Source: Planctomycetota bacterium
GTDB taxonomy: Bacteria; Planctomycetota; Phycisphaerae; Phycisphaerales; UBA1924
Length of the DNA stretch: 64,000 bases
Reading direction: 5' to 3'
Assembly: GCA_017303555.1 (NCBI GenBank)
Contig: JAFLCN010000020.1
Location: forward strand, 5,021-69,020
Positions within the stretch are counted from its first letter, which is position 1. Each line of letters opens with the position of its first letter. Made by a program: the position numbers and the translations under genes. Below the pieces are notes generated by a model. It worked only from the letters and a program-made list of their open reading frames with translations, was not told where the DNA came from and did no database searches. Below are positions 9,078-17,600 of the stretch, one piece after another.

Positions 9078-9707
9078 TCAGCGTCCGTACCGGCGCACAA
9101 CCGCCTTCACGACGCCCTGCACCTGGCAGAAGCGCACGCGGATCGGTTCGAACGCCGGGTTGGCGGGCTGGAGGCGGATGTGATCGTCTTCTTTGAAGAA
9201 GGTCTTCAGGGTGGTCGAGCCGTCGGGGAGGAGGGCCACCACGCGATCGCCGTTCTGGGCGAGCTGGGTGCGCTCGATCAGGACGAAGTCACCATCGAGG
9301 ATGCCTTCGTCGCGCATCGAGTCGCCTTCGACTTTGAGGGCGAAGGTGGATTCCTGGCCCTTCTGGGTCTTGGCGACCAGCATGTCGGCGAGGTCGATCT
9401 CGTCGGCGTTCTCGACGCGCTCGATCGGGTGCCCGGCGGCGATACGGCCGACCAGGGGGAAGCGGAGGGGGCGTGCCTCGTCCGGAACGGCGATGCCGTC
9501 AGCGATCGACAAAGAGCGAGCCTTGTTCGGTTCGCGTACCAGTGCGCCCTTCTTGATAAGCGCTTCGACGTGCTCGAAGACCGTGACCTTGCTGACGCCG
9601 ATTTCGTCGGCAAGTTCCTGCATCGTCGGGGAATAGCCACGACGGACGCGCCAGTCGCGGATGAGTTGAAGGATGCGGAGTTGCTTCGGCGTCAGGTTGA
9701 GATTCAT
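9078..9707 (-). CDS. lexA: LexA repressor
   Basis: N-terminal winged HTH (LTPKQLRILQLIRDW...YSPTMQELADEIGVSKVTVFEHV), Ala-Gly cleavage site (GRIAAGHPIE), catalytic Ser (VEGDSMRDEGI) and Lys (TTLKTFF). A GGAG lies 8 nt upstream of the ATG. Confidence 0.9.
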   Translation of the reverse strand: MNLNLTPKQLRILQLIRDWRVRRGYSPTMQELADEIGVSKVTVFEHVEALIKKGALVREPNKARSLSIADGIAVPDEARPLRFPLVGRIAAGHPIERVENADEIDLADMLVAKTQKGQESTFALKVEGDSMRDEGILDGDFVLIERTQLAQNGDRVVALLPDGSTTLKTFFKEDDHIRLQPANPAFEPIRVRFCQVQGVVKAVVRRYGR

Positions 9708-10155
9708 GATTCGTTGCTCCCCAGTTGTTGGGCCAGTTCTTGAGCCGGACGCCGTCGGACCCGGTTCGGTCCGCCGCGCCGCTCGTCCGAGCGAGGGCGA
9801 GTTCTTCGCCCGCGCCGTTCTTCTGACCGAAGTTCATCAGCCCCAAAAGGGACTGGCGAACCTCTGTCACCAGTCTCGCGGCAAGGCACCACTGCACCAG
9901 CCGCAGGACTTCAGACTCGGCCGCCGGCTCGCCATTCCACCCGAACGATCCGCTCGCGACGAGCGAGTCGGCTGCATCCGGGCCTGCCGGCTCCACCGTG
10001 CGGACGGCCCACGACTCGGGCCCCGTTCGCACGCCGCGCTGCACTCGCCTCAGACTCGTCGAACCCGAACGACGGGGTTGATAGTCCGCGACGAATTCCC
10101 CACCCGGACCGAACCGCAAAACCGAAGGCAGAACTGTTGAATGAGCGGTCGTCAT
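9499..10155 (-). CDS. Tentative unannotated ORF upstream of lexA; its 3' end as sequenced overlaps lexA out of frame
   Basis: ATG at 10155 lies ~55 nt downstream of a promoter-like element. Hand-counted GC by codon position over 9710-9940 looks coding (high at position 3, low at position 2). I see no recognisable family motif and no clear SD. The last 209 nt overlap lexA and translate to Arg-rich junk, so the true 3' end is doubtful. Confidence 0.3.
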   Translation of the reverse strand: MTTAHSTVLPSVLRFGPGGEFVADYQPRRSGSTSLRRVQRGVRTGPESWAVRTVEPAGPDAADSLVASGSFGWNGEPAAESEVLRLVQWCLAARLVTEVRQSLLGLMNFGQKNGAGEELALARTSGAADRTGSDGVRLKNWPNNWGATNHESQPDAEATPHPSTHPRLARPSWLFPDDAGTCRRNRRQQGHGLRARRSAYQEGRTGTRTEQGSLFVDR

Positions 10156-10206
10156 GGCTGATCTGATCGGTATTCGCGCGGGAATCCAATCAGATTTCGC
10201 TCGGTC

Positions 10207-10245
10207 TGTTCGGTAGAAGATAAGGTAAAGAACGCCCCCTGTCAA
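10207..10245 (-). promoter_or_regulatory. Sigma70-like promoter (TTGACA-17 nt-TATCTT) with an overlapping LexA-box-like palindrome TCTTC-TACC-GAACA
   Basis: Minus strand reads accacTTGACAgggggcgttctttaccTTATCTtctaccgaacag. The -35 is at 10245-10240, the -10 at 10222-10217, and the palindrome at 10220-10207. It sits in the only low-GC stretch of the dprA-lexA gap. Confidence 0.5.
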
Positions 10246-10267
10246 GTGGTATTCCCTTGTGGGAACC

Positions 10268-10286
10268 GTATTTCCGCATGAAATAC
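10268..10286. repeat. Perfect 7-bp inverted repeat GTATTTC-N5-GAAATAC, just upstream of the -35
   Basis: Read directly: gtatttc cgcat gaaatac. Confidence 0.6.
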
Positions 10287-10295
10287 CAAATTTTT

Positions 10296-10344
10296 GCCGA
10301 AAATGCGTTTGGGTGCGGTCTGGAGCGCCCAAACGCCGTTTTTT
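10296..10344. terminator. Bidirectional intrinsic terminator downstream of dprA
   Basis: Stem GCGTTTGGGTGC (10305-10316) pairs with GCGCCCAAACGC (10325-10336), 11 of 12 positions. T6 follows on the plus strand; ATTTTC follows on the minus strand. Confidence 0.65.
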
Positions 10345-10414
10345 GGCCATTCTGTTAGGGTGTCTGCCCTAGATCCCGCGAGTGAAAACCCCACCGGTCA
10401 GCGCGAAACTGGTC

Positions 10415-11581
10415 CTACGCCTGGGTTCGCCGGGCGAAACGGGGGCCGATGCGGGTCACCCGCTTGGAAATCTCGAGCAGCGTCAGGTGCGAGCGCAAAC
10501 TCGCCGGGGCAAGCCCGGTGATCTCCACAAGTTCATCCGCCGAGCGCTCCGTATCAAGTGCGGAAAGAATGCGTTGCTGATCCGGCGCGATCGGCGCAGC
10601 GAGTTTGGGTTCTGTTGCTTGCGTCGGTGCAAACCGGGCGGCGTGCGTCCCGCTGAAAAGATGGCGCGCGGGTGACTCCAGCAGCGAAACCACATCGCCC
10701 GGCTCGGTAACCATCGCGGCGCCGCCGGATTTGAGCAAGAGGTTCGAGCCCTCCGACGCGCTCGAATCGACGCGCCCGGGGATCGCGAAGACCTCCCGCC
10801 CGTGCTCTTCGGTCGCCTGTTCCGCCGTGATCAGCGCGCCGGAACCCTTCGCGGCCTCGATGACCAGCACCCCGAGCGACATGCCGGAAATGATGCGATT
10901 GCGGCGAGGAAAGTTCTGCTTGTCGGGAATGGTGTTCAGGGGGAGTTCGGAAACGACTGCGCCCGCTGAGTTTCCGTGCTCATCGATTTCGCTGATCAGC
11001 CCAAAAAGTTCGGCGTTCTCGGGCGGATAGGTGTGGGCGAGCCCGCAGCCCAGGACGGCGATGGTGCGGCCCTTGCTCATCAGGACGGCGCGGTGTGCGG
11101 CGGTATCGATCCCCCGCGCACCGCCGGAAACGATGCTAATCCCCGCTCGCGCCAGTGTGCCGGCAAAGCGTGTGGTTTGTTCGAGGCCGTAGGCGGTGCA
11201 GCGTCTGCTGCCGACGATTGCCGCGGCGAAGCGATCGGTTTCGGGCCGGAGTGTTCCCTTGTAATAAAGGATGGGCGGCGCGTCGGGGATCTGCTTGAGC
11301 AGCGCGGGGTAATGGTCGTCTGCGATTGAAACGATCTGAGCGCGCAGTTGATTTGCACGCGCGAGTTCATCTTCGGCAAGTGATTGGGAGTTTCGGATGT
11401 CTGCCGCCATCCGGGCGGCGCGGTCTTTTCCGACTTTGCAGAGACCGATCTGCGCGGCAGAAAGTTCGAGCGCTGCTTCGGGCGAACCCACGAGATCGAC
11501 GAGTTTGGCGATGGTGGCCGGGCCGAGGCCATCGACCATGGTCAGCCGCAAAAGAGCGATCGTGGAAGGGCTCGTTTCCAT
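10415..11581 (-). CDS. dprA: DNA-processing protein DprA
   Basis: GSRRCTAYG and SGGARGIDTAAHRAVL Rossmann-like DprA core, plus a C-terminal winged-helix tail; 388 aa. Confidence 0.9.
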   Translation of the reverse strand: METSPSTIALLRLTMVDGLGPATIAKLVDLVGSPEAALELSAAQIGLCKVGKDRAARMAADIRNSQSLAEDELARANQLRAQIVSIADDHYPALLKQIPDAPPILYYKGTLRPETDRFAAAIVGSRRCTAYGLEQTTRFAGTLARAGISIVSGGARGIDTAAHRAVLMSKGRTIAVLGCGLAHTYPPENAELFGLISEIDEHGNSAGAVVSELPLNTIPDKQNFPRRNRIISGMSLGVLVIEAAKGSGALITAEQATEEHGREVFAIPGRVDSSASEGSNLLLKSGGAAMVTEPGDVVSLLESPARHLFSGTHAARFAPTQATEPKLAAPIAPDQQRILSALDTERSADELVEITGLAPASLRSHLTLLEISKRVTRIGPRFARRTQA

Positions 11582-11623
11582 ACGGTGAATGTAAGGTACA
11601 CGATTTTTCGTCGGCGTGCCAGG

Positions 11624-13855
11624 CTACTTCGCGGGCGAAGTCGGCAGGGTGGGGGCCGCTCGAAACCGACGTTCGGCGGCGTCGAATTCGGCGCGGGTTT
11701 CGGGAGACGGACTGATGCGGGCAAAGTGTGCTTGTCCGTAGGCGACGCACGATTCCCAAAACTTTCGGCTGTCGAAGTCTGCTGGGTCGAGTGCGGCGTA
11801 TTCCTCCGCGCGGCTCAGCGCGCGAAGAAACTCGCGAGCGGACATTTCGGGATCGGGAGTGGTCTCTGCGAGAAAAAGCTCGGCGGAGATCTCGATCCGC
11901 ACGGCCAACCGGTCGGTCGGTGCAAGCCGTGTGGCGGCACGCGCGTGTACGAGCGACCGCGTCGCATAATCGAGCGCAGGGATGCCGTGCACAATCCGGG
12001 CGCGCCCGGCGTGTTGATAGGCACCGCTCGCGCCGCGATGTGCTTCGGCGATGGGGGCGAGCGCGACAAACTGTTCGAAGACTTTGATCTGACGCTCGAA
12101 CCATGCGAGCCGTGCCGGATCACGGTCATGCAGCAGCATGCCCATTCGCTCGAGGCTCCAGCCGAGGTTGCTGAGAGCCATGGGTTCGCGGGGATAGAGG
12201 CGAGCGGCGCGCTCGTCGAGCTCGAGAGCTTCGCGATAGAACACATCGCGCGTACGAGAATCGTGAAGAGCTTGCGCTGCATCTCCGCATCGGACGAGGG
12301 CGAGCGAAAGCTGTCCGAGCCCGCCGAGCGGCCCGAACCCGGCGTCGGCGAGGCGGCGCCGGAGAGAAAGGGCTTCCTGAAAATTGTCGCGTGCTTCGAT
12401 CGGATCGTTTGCTTCGAGGCAGTCGTAACCCTTCTCGGTGACGGCTGAAGCGAGCATCGACTGGGCGCGCTCATCATCGGGGAGCTGCGAGGCGAACCTG
12501 CGGATTTGTTCGGTCATCTTGGCGACGCCGGGTGCGCGCTTGCCGCTCTCGCCGAGCGTTCGCTGAGAATCCATCGCCATGTCCATCCAGGCCTGGGCGA
12601 TCTGCATGCCCAGATCGCTGCGCTGAGCGCGGGCCCGTGCGATCTCGAGCGCGGAAACCGCGCCGGCGGCAACGACCAGAACCGCCGCGGCAGTTGCGAT
12701 CCGATTGCGTTTCACAAATCGGAATGCGATGTGCAGCACGCCGGGGTCGCGGGCGAGGACCGCGCGCCCGTCGAGCGAGCGCCGGATGTCTTCTGCGAGT
12801 TCCGCAACTGTTGAGTAGCGCTGCTCGGGATCGAGCGCCGAAGCCTTTGCAACGATGGTGTCGAGATCGCCACGGAACTCCGGGCGGATAGAACGCAAGC
12901 GAGCGGGCGCATCTGAATCGCGGCGGAGCGGTTGATGGTCGTCCGGATTCTGCCGGTATGCCGGGGTCTCGGCGAGCATCTCGAAAAGGATGAGGCCGAG
13001 CGCGAAAATGTCGGAGCGGGTATCGATGAGATGGGTCTGGCCCCGTAGCTGCTCGGGGCTCATGTATGCGAGTGTGCCAACAACCTGGCCTGTGAAGGTT
13101 GCGCCTTCGTGCGGAGAAGATTCCATGGCTTTGGCGACGCCGAAGTCGATGACTTTGGCCTGCGCCGGTGAATTCGGCACCTCGGTCGAGATGAGAATGT
13201 TGGACGGCTTTAGATCACGATGAACGATGCCGCGCTGGTGGGCGTGCGCGACCGCGCCGCACACCTGCAAGAAGAGCTGAAGCCGATCGCGCATCGGGAG
13301 CTTTTCGCGCGTGCAATGGACAGTGATGGGGGGGCCATCGATGTACTCCATTGCGAAATACGCGTGGCCGGATTCCGAGGCGCCGGCTTCGAAGAACTGC
13401 GCGATGTTCGGATGCCGCATCGCGGCGATGGATTGACGCTCGATGTCAAACCGGCGGAGCGTTTCGCGCCGGCGGGCGGTTGAGTGCAGCACCTTGATCG
13501 CGGCGCGGCGAGTGACAGGTGTTGTCTGAGCGGCGAGATAGATCGAACAGAGATCGCCCTGCGCGATCGGCTCGAGGATGCGGAACGAACCGATGGTGGT
13601 TGGCGCGGCCTCGATTGACGGCGGAACGTCGATCTCGGCGTTCTCGCGGAGCCAACGCTGCAACTCCTCGGTCGGCGCGGAGGGAACGGGTTCGAGGAAA
13701 CGATCGGCGCGATTGCGATCGTGGGCGGCGAGGAGCGAATCTGCACGCTCGCGAACGTCCGGTGAAACGGAGGGAGTGCTGTTTCGATCAGAGGGGTCGA
13801 GGCGATAGAGGCGGGCAAATTCGTCCGCCGCCGCGGATTCGAGATTGGAATCCAT
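11624..13855 (-). CDS. Ser/Thr protein kinase with one TM helix and a C-terminal TPR-like helical-repeat domain
   Basis: AIKVLH, HRDLKPSNILI, DFGVAKA and YMSPEQ kinase motifs; TM helix IATAAAVLVVAAGAVSAL. The ATG at 13855 lies 2 nt after the stop of the upstream sigma gene. Confidence 0.85.
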   Translation of the reverse strand: MDSNLESAAADEFARLYRLDPSDRNSTPSVSPDVRERADSLLAAHDRNRADRFLEPVPSAPTEELQRWLRENAEIDVPPSIEAAPTTIGSFRILEPIAQGDLCSIYLAAQTTPVTRRAAIKVLHSTARRRETLRRFDIERQSIAAMRHPNIAQFFEAGASESGHAYFAMEYIDGPPITVHCTREKLPMRDRLQLFLQVCGAVAHAHQRGIVHRDLKPSNILISTEVPNSPAQAKVIDFGVAKAMESSPHEGATFTGQVVGTLAYMSPEQLRGQTHLIDTRSDIFALGLILFEMLAETPAYRQNPDDHQPLRRDSDAPARLRSIRPEFRGDLDTIVAKASALDPEQRYSTVAELAEDIRRSLDGRAVLARDPGVLHIAFRFVKRNRIATAAAVLVVAAGAVSALEIARARAQRSDLGMQIAQAWMDMAMDSQRTLGESGKRAPGVAKMTEQIRRFASQLPDDERAQSMLASAVTEKGYDCLEANDPIEARDNFQEALSLRRRLADAGFGPLGGLGQLSLALVRCGDAAQALHDSRTRDVFYREALELDERAARLYPREPMALSNLGWSLERMGMLLHDRDPARLAWFERQIKVFEQFVALAPIAEAHRGASGAYQHAGRARIVHGIPALDYATRSLVHARAATRLAPTDRLAVRIEISAELFLAETTPDPEMSAREFLRALSRAEEYAALDPADFDSRKFWESCVAYGQAHFARISPSPETRAEFDAAERRFRAAPTLPTSPAK

Positions 13856-13857
13856 GG

Positions 13858-14520
13858 TCAATCTCCGGCGGAAAGTCCATCGAGTCGTACGCGGAGCCAC
13901 GCACGGGCGTGTTCCCAGTCGGTTTCGATCGTGCGGGTTGAAAAGCCCATGTGCTCGGCGATCTGTTCGATGGTGAATCCGCCGAAGAACCGAAGCTCGA
14001 CGACGGTTGCTTCGCGGGCGTGGACGGCCGCGAGATCTTTGAGTGCATCGTCGAGGCTGAGAAGGTCAACCGATTCGCGCTGGCGCGGGGTTTCGATCTC
14101 GCTGGAGGAAAGGCGGAGCCGACGCCAATCGCCGCCGCGCTTGTCGCGGGATTCGCGCCGGGCTTCATCGACGAGTACGGAACGCAGCGTTTTGGACGCG
14201 AGCGCTGCGAACCGGCTAGAGCGGCTGTCCCAGCGCGAGAGATCGAACCCTTTGAGCCGCATCCACGCTTCGTGGACGAGCGCGGTGGTCTGAAGCAGAC
14301 CGGGGCATGCGCGGCCCTTCAGGATTGCGCGGGCGATCGATCGCAATTCACGATGGAGTGCTTCTTCCGCTTCGGAGTTTGCAGCGGAGCCCCATGCGGG
14401 GAGGACAGCGTCCTGGGCGGAGGAGTCTGGAGTGTCCGGAGAGGAATCCATACGGATGTGATCGGGGCGAGCGTACCACGGGGGTTTGCGAACGCGGGGC
14501 GCGAAGTCGGGTTTTTGCAT
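13858..14520 (-). CDS. ECF sigma factor, kinase-associated type (Sigma70_ECF/TIGR02999-like)
   Basis: LLQTTALVHEAWMRLKG...RFAALASKTLRSVLVDEARRESRDKRGG and the region 4 segment FTIEQIAEHMGFSTRTIETDWEHARAWL. I preferred the ATG at 14520 over the TTG at 14532. Confidence 0.8.
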   Translation of the reverse strand: MQKPDFAPRVRKPPWYARPDHIRMDSSPDTPDSSAQDAVLPAWGSAANSEAEEALHRELRSIARAILKGRACPGLLQTTALVHEAWMRLKGFDLSRWDSRSSRFAALASKTLRSVLVDEARRESRDKRGGDWRRLRLSSSEIETPRQRESVDLLSLDDALKDLAAVHAREATVVELRFFGGFTIEQIAEHMGFSTRTIETDWEHARAWLRVRLDGLSAGD

Positions 14521-14571
14521 GGAGCCGCCCAAAAAACCTGCGGGCCATGACGAGCGATGTCGTCTGTCTTT

Positions 14572-14601
14572 GGGGGGTGGATTCCGGGGGGGGGGTGGGG
14601 G
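14572..14601 (+). repeat. G-rich tract G6-T-GG-ATTCC-G10-T-G5 in a divergent promoter region
   Basis: Read directly. The G10 homopolymer is at 14586-14595. It lies between the sigma gene start (14520) and the repeat-protein start (14772). Confidence 0.9.
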
Positions 14602-14771
14602 ACGGCGCGGCCGGGCAAAGGCGAGTTTCGAGAGTCGGGCGGACCTCTCGGAGCACGCCGCGTTCGGCCTGCGCCGGGCCGCGCGGTTGCAGTCGTTCGT
14701 GCGGCAGTTGTTGATGGGCGTCTAGAGCCAGTGTTCACCCAATCTTCATGGACGGTTTGAGGAGAGAGAGC

Positions 14772-17561
14772 ATGCGATCGAAGCGCGTACGTGTTGGAGG
14801 GGATTGCGCACCAAAGCGGGCAATCGTGCTGTGCGCACTTGCCGGCGGACTTTGGGGAGCAGTCGATGCTCACGCGCAGCTCATTCCGTGGAACACGCCG
14901 ATTGATGGGAACTGGAACGACACCTCGAAGTGGACCGGCGGCAATGTTCCGGATGCCAACGGTGAAACCGCGGTGCTCGGGCTGACCGGGGCGTACCAAG
15001 TTGAAGTGAACAACTCGTATCAGATCGGCGCCTTGCAGATGACGAATGCCGATGCGATCCTGAACATCGCGGGCGACAAGTCGCTCACGATCGTGAACGC
15101 GATGGATCTTGCCGGGATCCTGGTTGTGAATACGAACGGCGTGAGCGCATCGACCGCGCTGCGATTCAGCCGTTCGATCCCCGGAGCGGTTTCACTGACC
15201 GGAACCGGAACGATCTATCTGAACGCGAACTCTGGAAATCTTGATACCGGGTATCTGACAACTGTGAACAACACGGTTGCGAGCATCGGATCGGGCATCA
15301 CCGTGCGTGGGCTGGGGCGAATCTACGGGCGGTATATCCACGCGGGAACAATCGTGGCCGACGATCCGTTTGGTGCGACGCTCGAGATGATGAACGTGAC
15401 CATGCAAGGCTCCGGCGCGCTCCGAGCGGAGGGCGCGACTCTGGCGATTCAATCGCCGGGGATCGTCAGTCAATTGACAAATGTTTCGATGACCGCTTCG
15501 AGTGGCGGCAAATTCCTGGTGCACAACGGGACGACACTGCTCACGGGCGTGCCCATGACCGGGCCGCTCACGATCAGTGGCAACGCGGTGCTTCAGCAAA
15601 GCGATGGGGTTGTGACCGGGAACGTGACCGTCAACGCGGGCGGCGGCCTTCGGGTCACAAGCGCGGACTTCACCTTGAATGGCGACGTGAAGATCAATCA
15701 CAACGGCACCGGCGCGAGCACGTATCTGTCTTTCGCGCAATCTGGCTCGTTGCTCGGCAGCGGCCGCGTGACATTGAACTGCACACTTGGGAACCTGGAT
15801 ACGGCGTATCTCTGGACGGACGCGAACGTTGTCACCACCATTCCGAATGGACGCATCATCGACGGCGCGGGCAGGATGTACGGCCGGTACCAGTTTGGAG
15901 GCATCATCCGCGCGAACGATCAATTGCTCGGCAGGCCTTTGGAACTGCAGAACATCAATCTCGTCAGCACCGGGACGGGCGCCATTGAAGCCGTGGGGGC
16001 GCCGTTTCAGATTCAGTCGCCGGGCGTGCTCGGGCAGGTCACGGGCGTTTCTATGACGGCTTCGAACGGCGGCTCATTCTTCGTGCACAACGGCACCACG
16101 CAGTTCACCAATGTTTCGCTTTCCGGCCCGCTGACCGTCAGCGGCAACGCAACGCTGCGGCAGGACAATGGATCGGTGAATGGAAAGCTGACGTTGAACG
16201 CGGGAAGCTTGTTCCGTATCACCGGTCCGAACTTTGCGCACACGGGCGACATGCTGGTCAATCACAATGGGGCTGGCGCTTCGACGGCAATGATCTTCGA
16301 TCAGTCGGGCTCTTTGCTCGGGTCCGGCGTGATCACGCTCAACTGCAATTCCGCCAACCTTGATACCGCGTACATCTCGACGGAGTCGAACGTCACCGCG
16401 GCACTTCCCGCGGGAAGGACGATCGAAGGAGCGGGGCGTCTGTATGGACGGTACCAACTCGGCGGCACCTTGCGTGCGAGCGATGGGGTGCTTTCTCGCC
16501 CGCTCGAACTTGTGAACATCAACCTGAGCGGCACGGGAACGGGCGCGCTCGAAGCGAACGGCGGGCTGTTTCAGATTCAGTCGCCCGGGATCTTCGGGCA
16601 GGTCTCCAATGTCACGATGACTGCTTCGAATGGAGGCCGCTTTCTCGTTCACAACGGCTCAACTCAGTTCACGGGCGTTTCGATGGCGGGGCCGCTTGCG
16701 ATCAGTGGCAACGCCACGCTCTACGCCGAAAACAGCTCAATCAGCGGCCCCGTAACGCTGAACAGCGGTGCCGGCCTACGGGTTACGTCGGCCGCGTTCA
16801 CGCACAACGGCGACATGCTGATCAATCAGAACACCGGCGGAAGTGCCACGTACCTCTACTTCGGCCAGACCGGGACGCTCGGCGGCAGCGGCACGATCAC
16901 GCTGAATTGCAACCTGAACAACTTCGACACGGCCTTCATCACCACGGAATCAAACGCAACGGTGACCTTGCCCGGAACGCGCACGCTGGCAGGCACGGGG
17001 CGAATCTGGGGCAAGTTTATTTTGAACGGCGTGCTCGCGCCTTCCAACGTGTCGCTGTTCAGCCCGATCGGACAGATCGACCTTGTGAACTCTTTGGCGC
17101 TCGGCTCAAGCTCATCGTTTGAAGCCGACATTGCTTCGCCGAGTTCCTTCGATCGGATCACCGGTTCGGCGCCGCGCACGCTTGGCGGAACGCTGAAGCT
17201 TCGGGTGGTCAACGGGTTTGTTGCCCGCACGCAGAATCCCATCGAGATCGTCGGAGGCAGCGGTGCACGAACGGGCACGTTCGGCTCGATCATCCCGCCC
17301 GCCGGCTATTCGGTGCAGTCGAGTTACACGCCGACGGGCATCACGGTCGCGCTCTCGCGAACGTGCCCCGCCGACCTGAACAGCGACAGCCTCGTCGATG
17401 ATGCGGACTTTCAGCTCTTCATCGGACCGTACAACATCCTCGATTGTTCCGATTCGCTCATGCCCGCGTGGTGTCCGGCGGACCTGAACGACGACACAAT
17501 TGTCGATGATGCGGACTTCGGCATCTTCGTCGGTGGGTATGACGCGCTGATTTGCCCGTAA
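14772..17561 (+). CDS. Large secreted repeat protein (about 4 x ~187-aa beta-rich repeats) with a C-terminal double dockerin-like module
   Basis: GGAGAGAGAG SD plus ATG at 14772. Signal peptide MRSKRVRVGG...LAGGLWGAVDAHAQ. NLDT(A/G)Y anchors recur at residues 164, 349, 537 and 725 (residue numbers count from the ORF-track start at 14748, 8 codons upstream of the annotated ATG). The C-terminus reads CPADLNSDSLVDDADFQLF...CPADLNDDTIVDDADFGIFVGGYDALICP. Confidence 0.75.
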   Translation: MRSKRVRVGGDCAPKRAIVLCALAGGLWGAVDAHAQLIPWNTPIDGNWNDTSKWTGGNVPDANGETAVLGLTGAYQVEVNNSYQIGALQMTNADAILNIAGDKSLTIVNAMDLAGILVVNTNGVSASTALRFSRSIPGAVSLTGTGTIYLNANSGNLDTGYLTTVNNTVASIGSGITVRGLGRIYGRYIHAGTIVADDPFGATLEMMNVTMQGSGALRAEGATLAIQSPGIVSQLTNVSMTASSGGKFLVHNGTTLLTGVPMTGPLTISGNAVLQQSDGVVTGNVTVNAGGGLRVTSADFTLNGDVKINHNGTGASTYLSFAQSGSLLGSGRVTLNCTLGNLDTAYLWTDANVVTTIPNGRIIDGAGRMYGRYQFGGIIRANDQLLGRPLELQNINLVSTGTGAIEAVGAPFQIQSPGVLGQVTGVSMTASNGGSFFVHNGTTQFTNVSLSGPLTVSGNATLRQDNGSVNGKLTLNAGSLFRITGPNFAHTGDMLVNHNGAGASTAMIFDQSGSLLGSGVITLNCNSANLDTAYISTESNVTAALPAGRTIEGAGRLYGRYQLGGTLRASDGVLSRPLELVNINLSGTGTGALEANGGLFQIQSPGIFGQVSNVTMTASNGGRFLVHNGSTQFTGVSMAGPLAISGNATLYAENSSISGPVTLNSGAGLRVTSAAFTHNGDMLINQNTGGSATYLYFGQTGTLGGSGTITLNCNLNNFDTAFITTESNATVTLPGTRTLAGTGRIWGKFILNGVLAPSNVSLFSPIGQIDLVNSLALGSSSSFEADIASPSSFDRITGSAPRTLGGTLKLRVVNGFVARTQNPIEIVGGSGARTGTFGSIIPPAGYSVQSSYTPTGITVALSRTCPADLNSDSLVDDADFQLFIGPYNILDCSDSLMPAWCPADLNDDTIVDDADFGIFVGGYDALICP
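15100..17030 (+). repeat. About four tandem ~560-nt coding repeats inside the 14772..17561 gene
   Basis: The protein-level period is 185-188 aa, with anchors NLDTGY, NLDTAY, NLDTAY and NFDTAF. Boundaries are approximate. Confidence 0.7.
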
Positions 17562-17600
17562 TCTGCAGGACCTTCGGTTTGCCGAATGCGATTGAGCTGC

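Noticed and set aside
9704-9892. 62-aa minus ORF ending in an ATGA overlap with lexA
   Set aside because: By itself it has only ~50% GC at the third codon position near its 3' end (hand count), so it is unlikely to be coding as drawn. I kept it only as part of the indel hypothesis for the ORF upstream of lexA.
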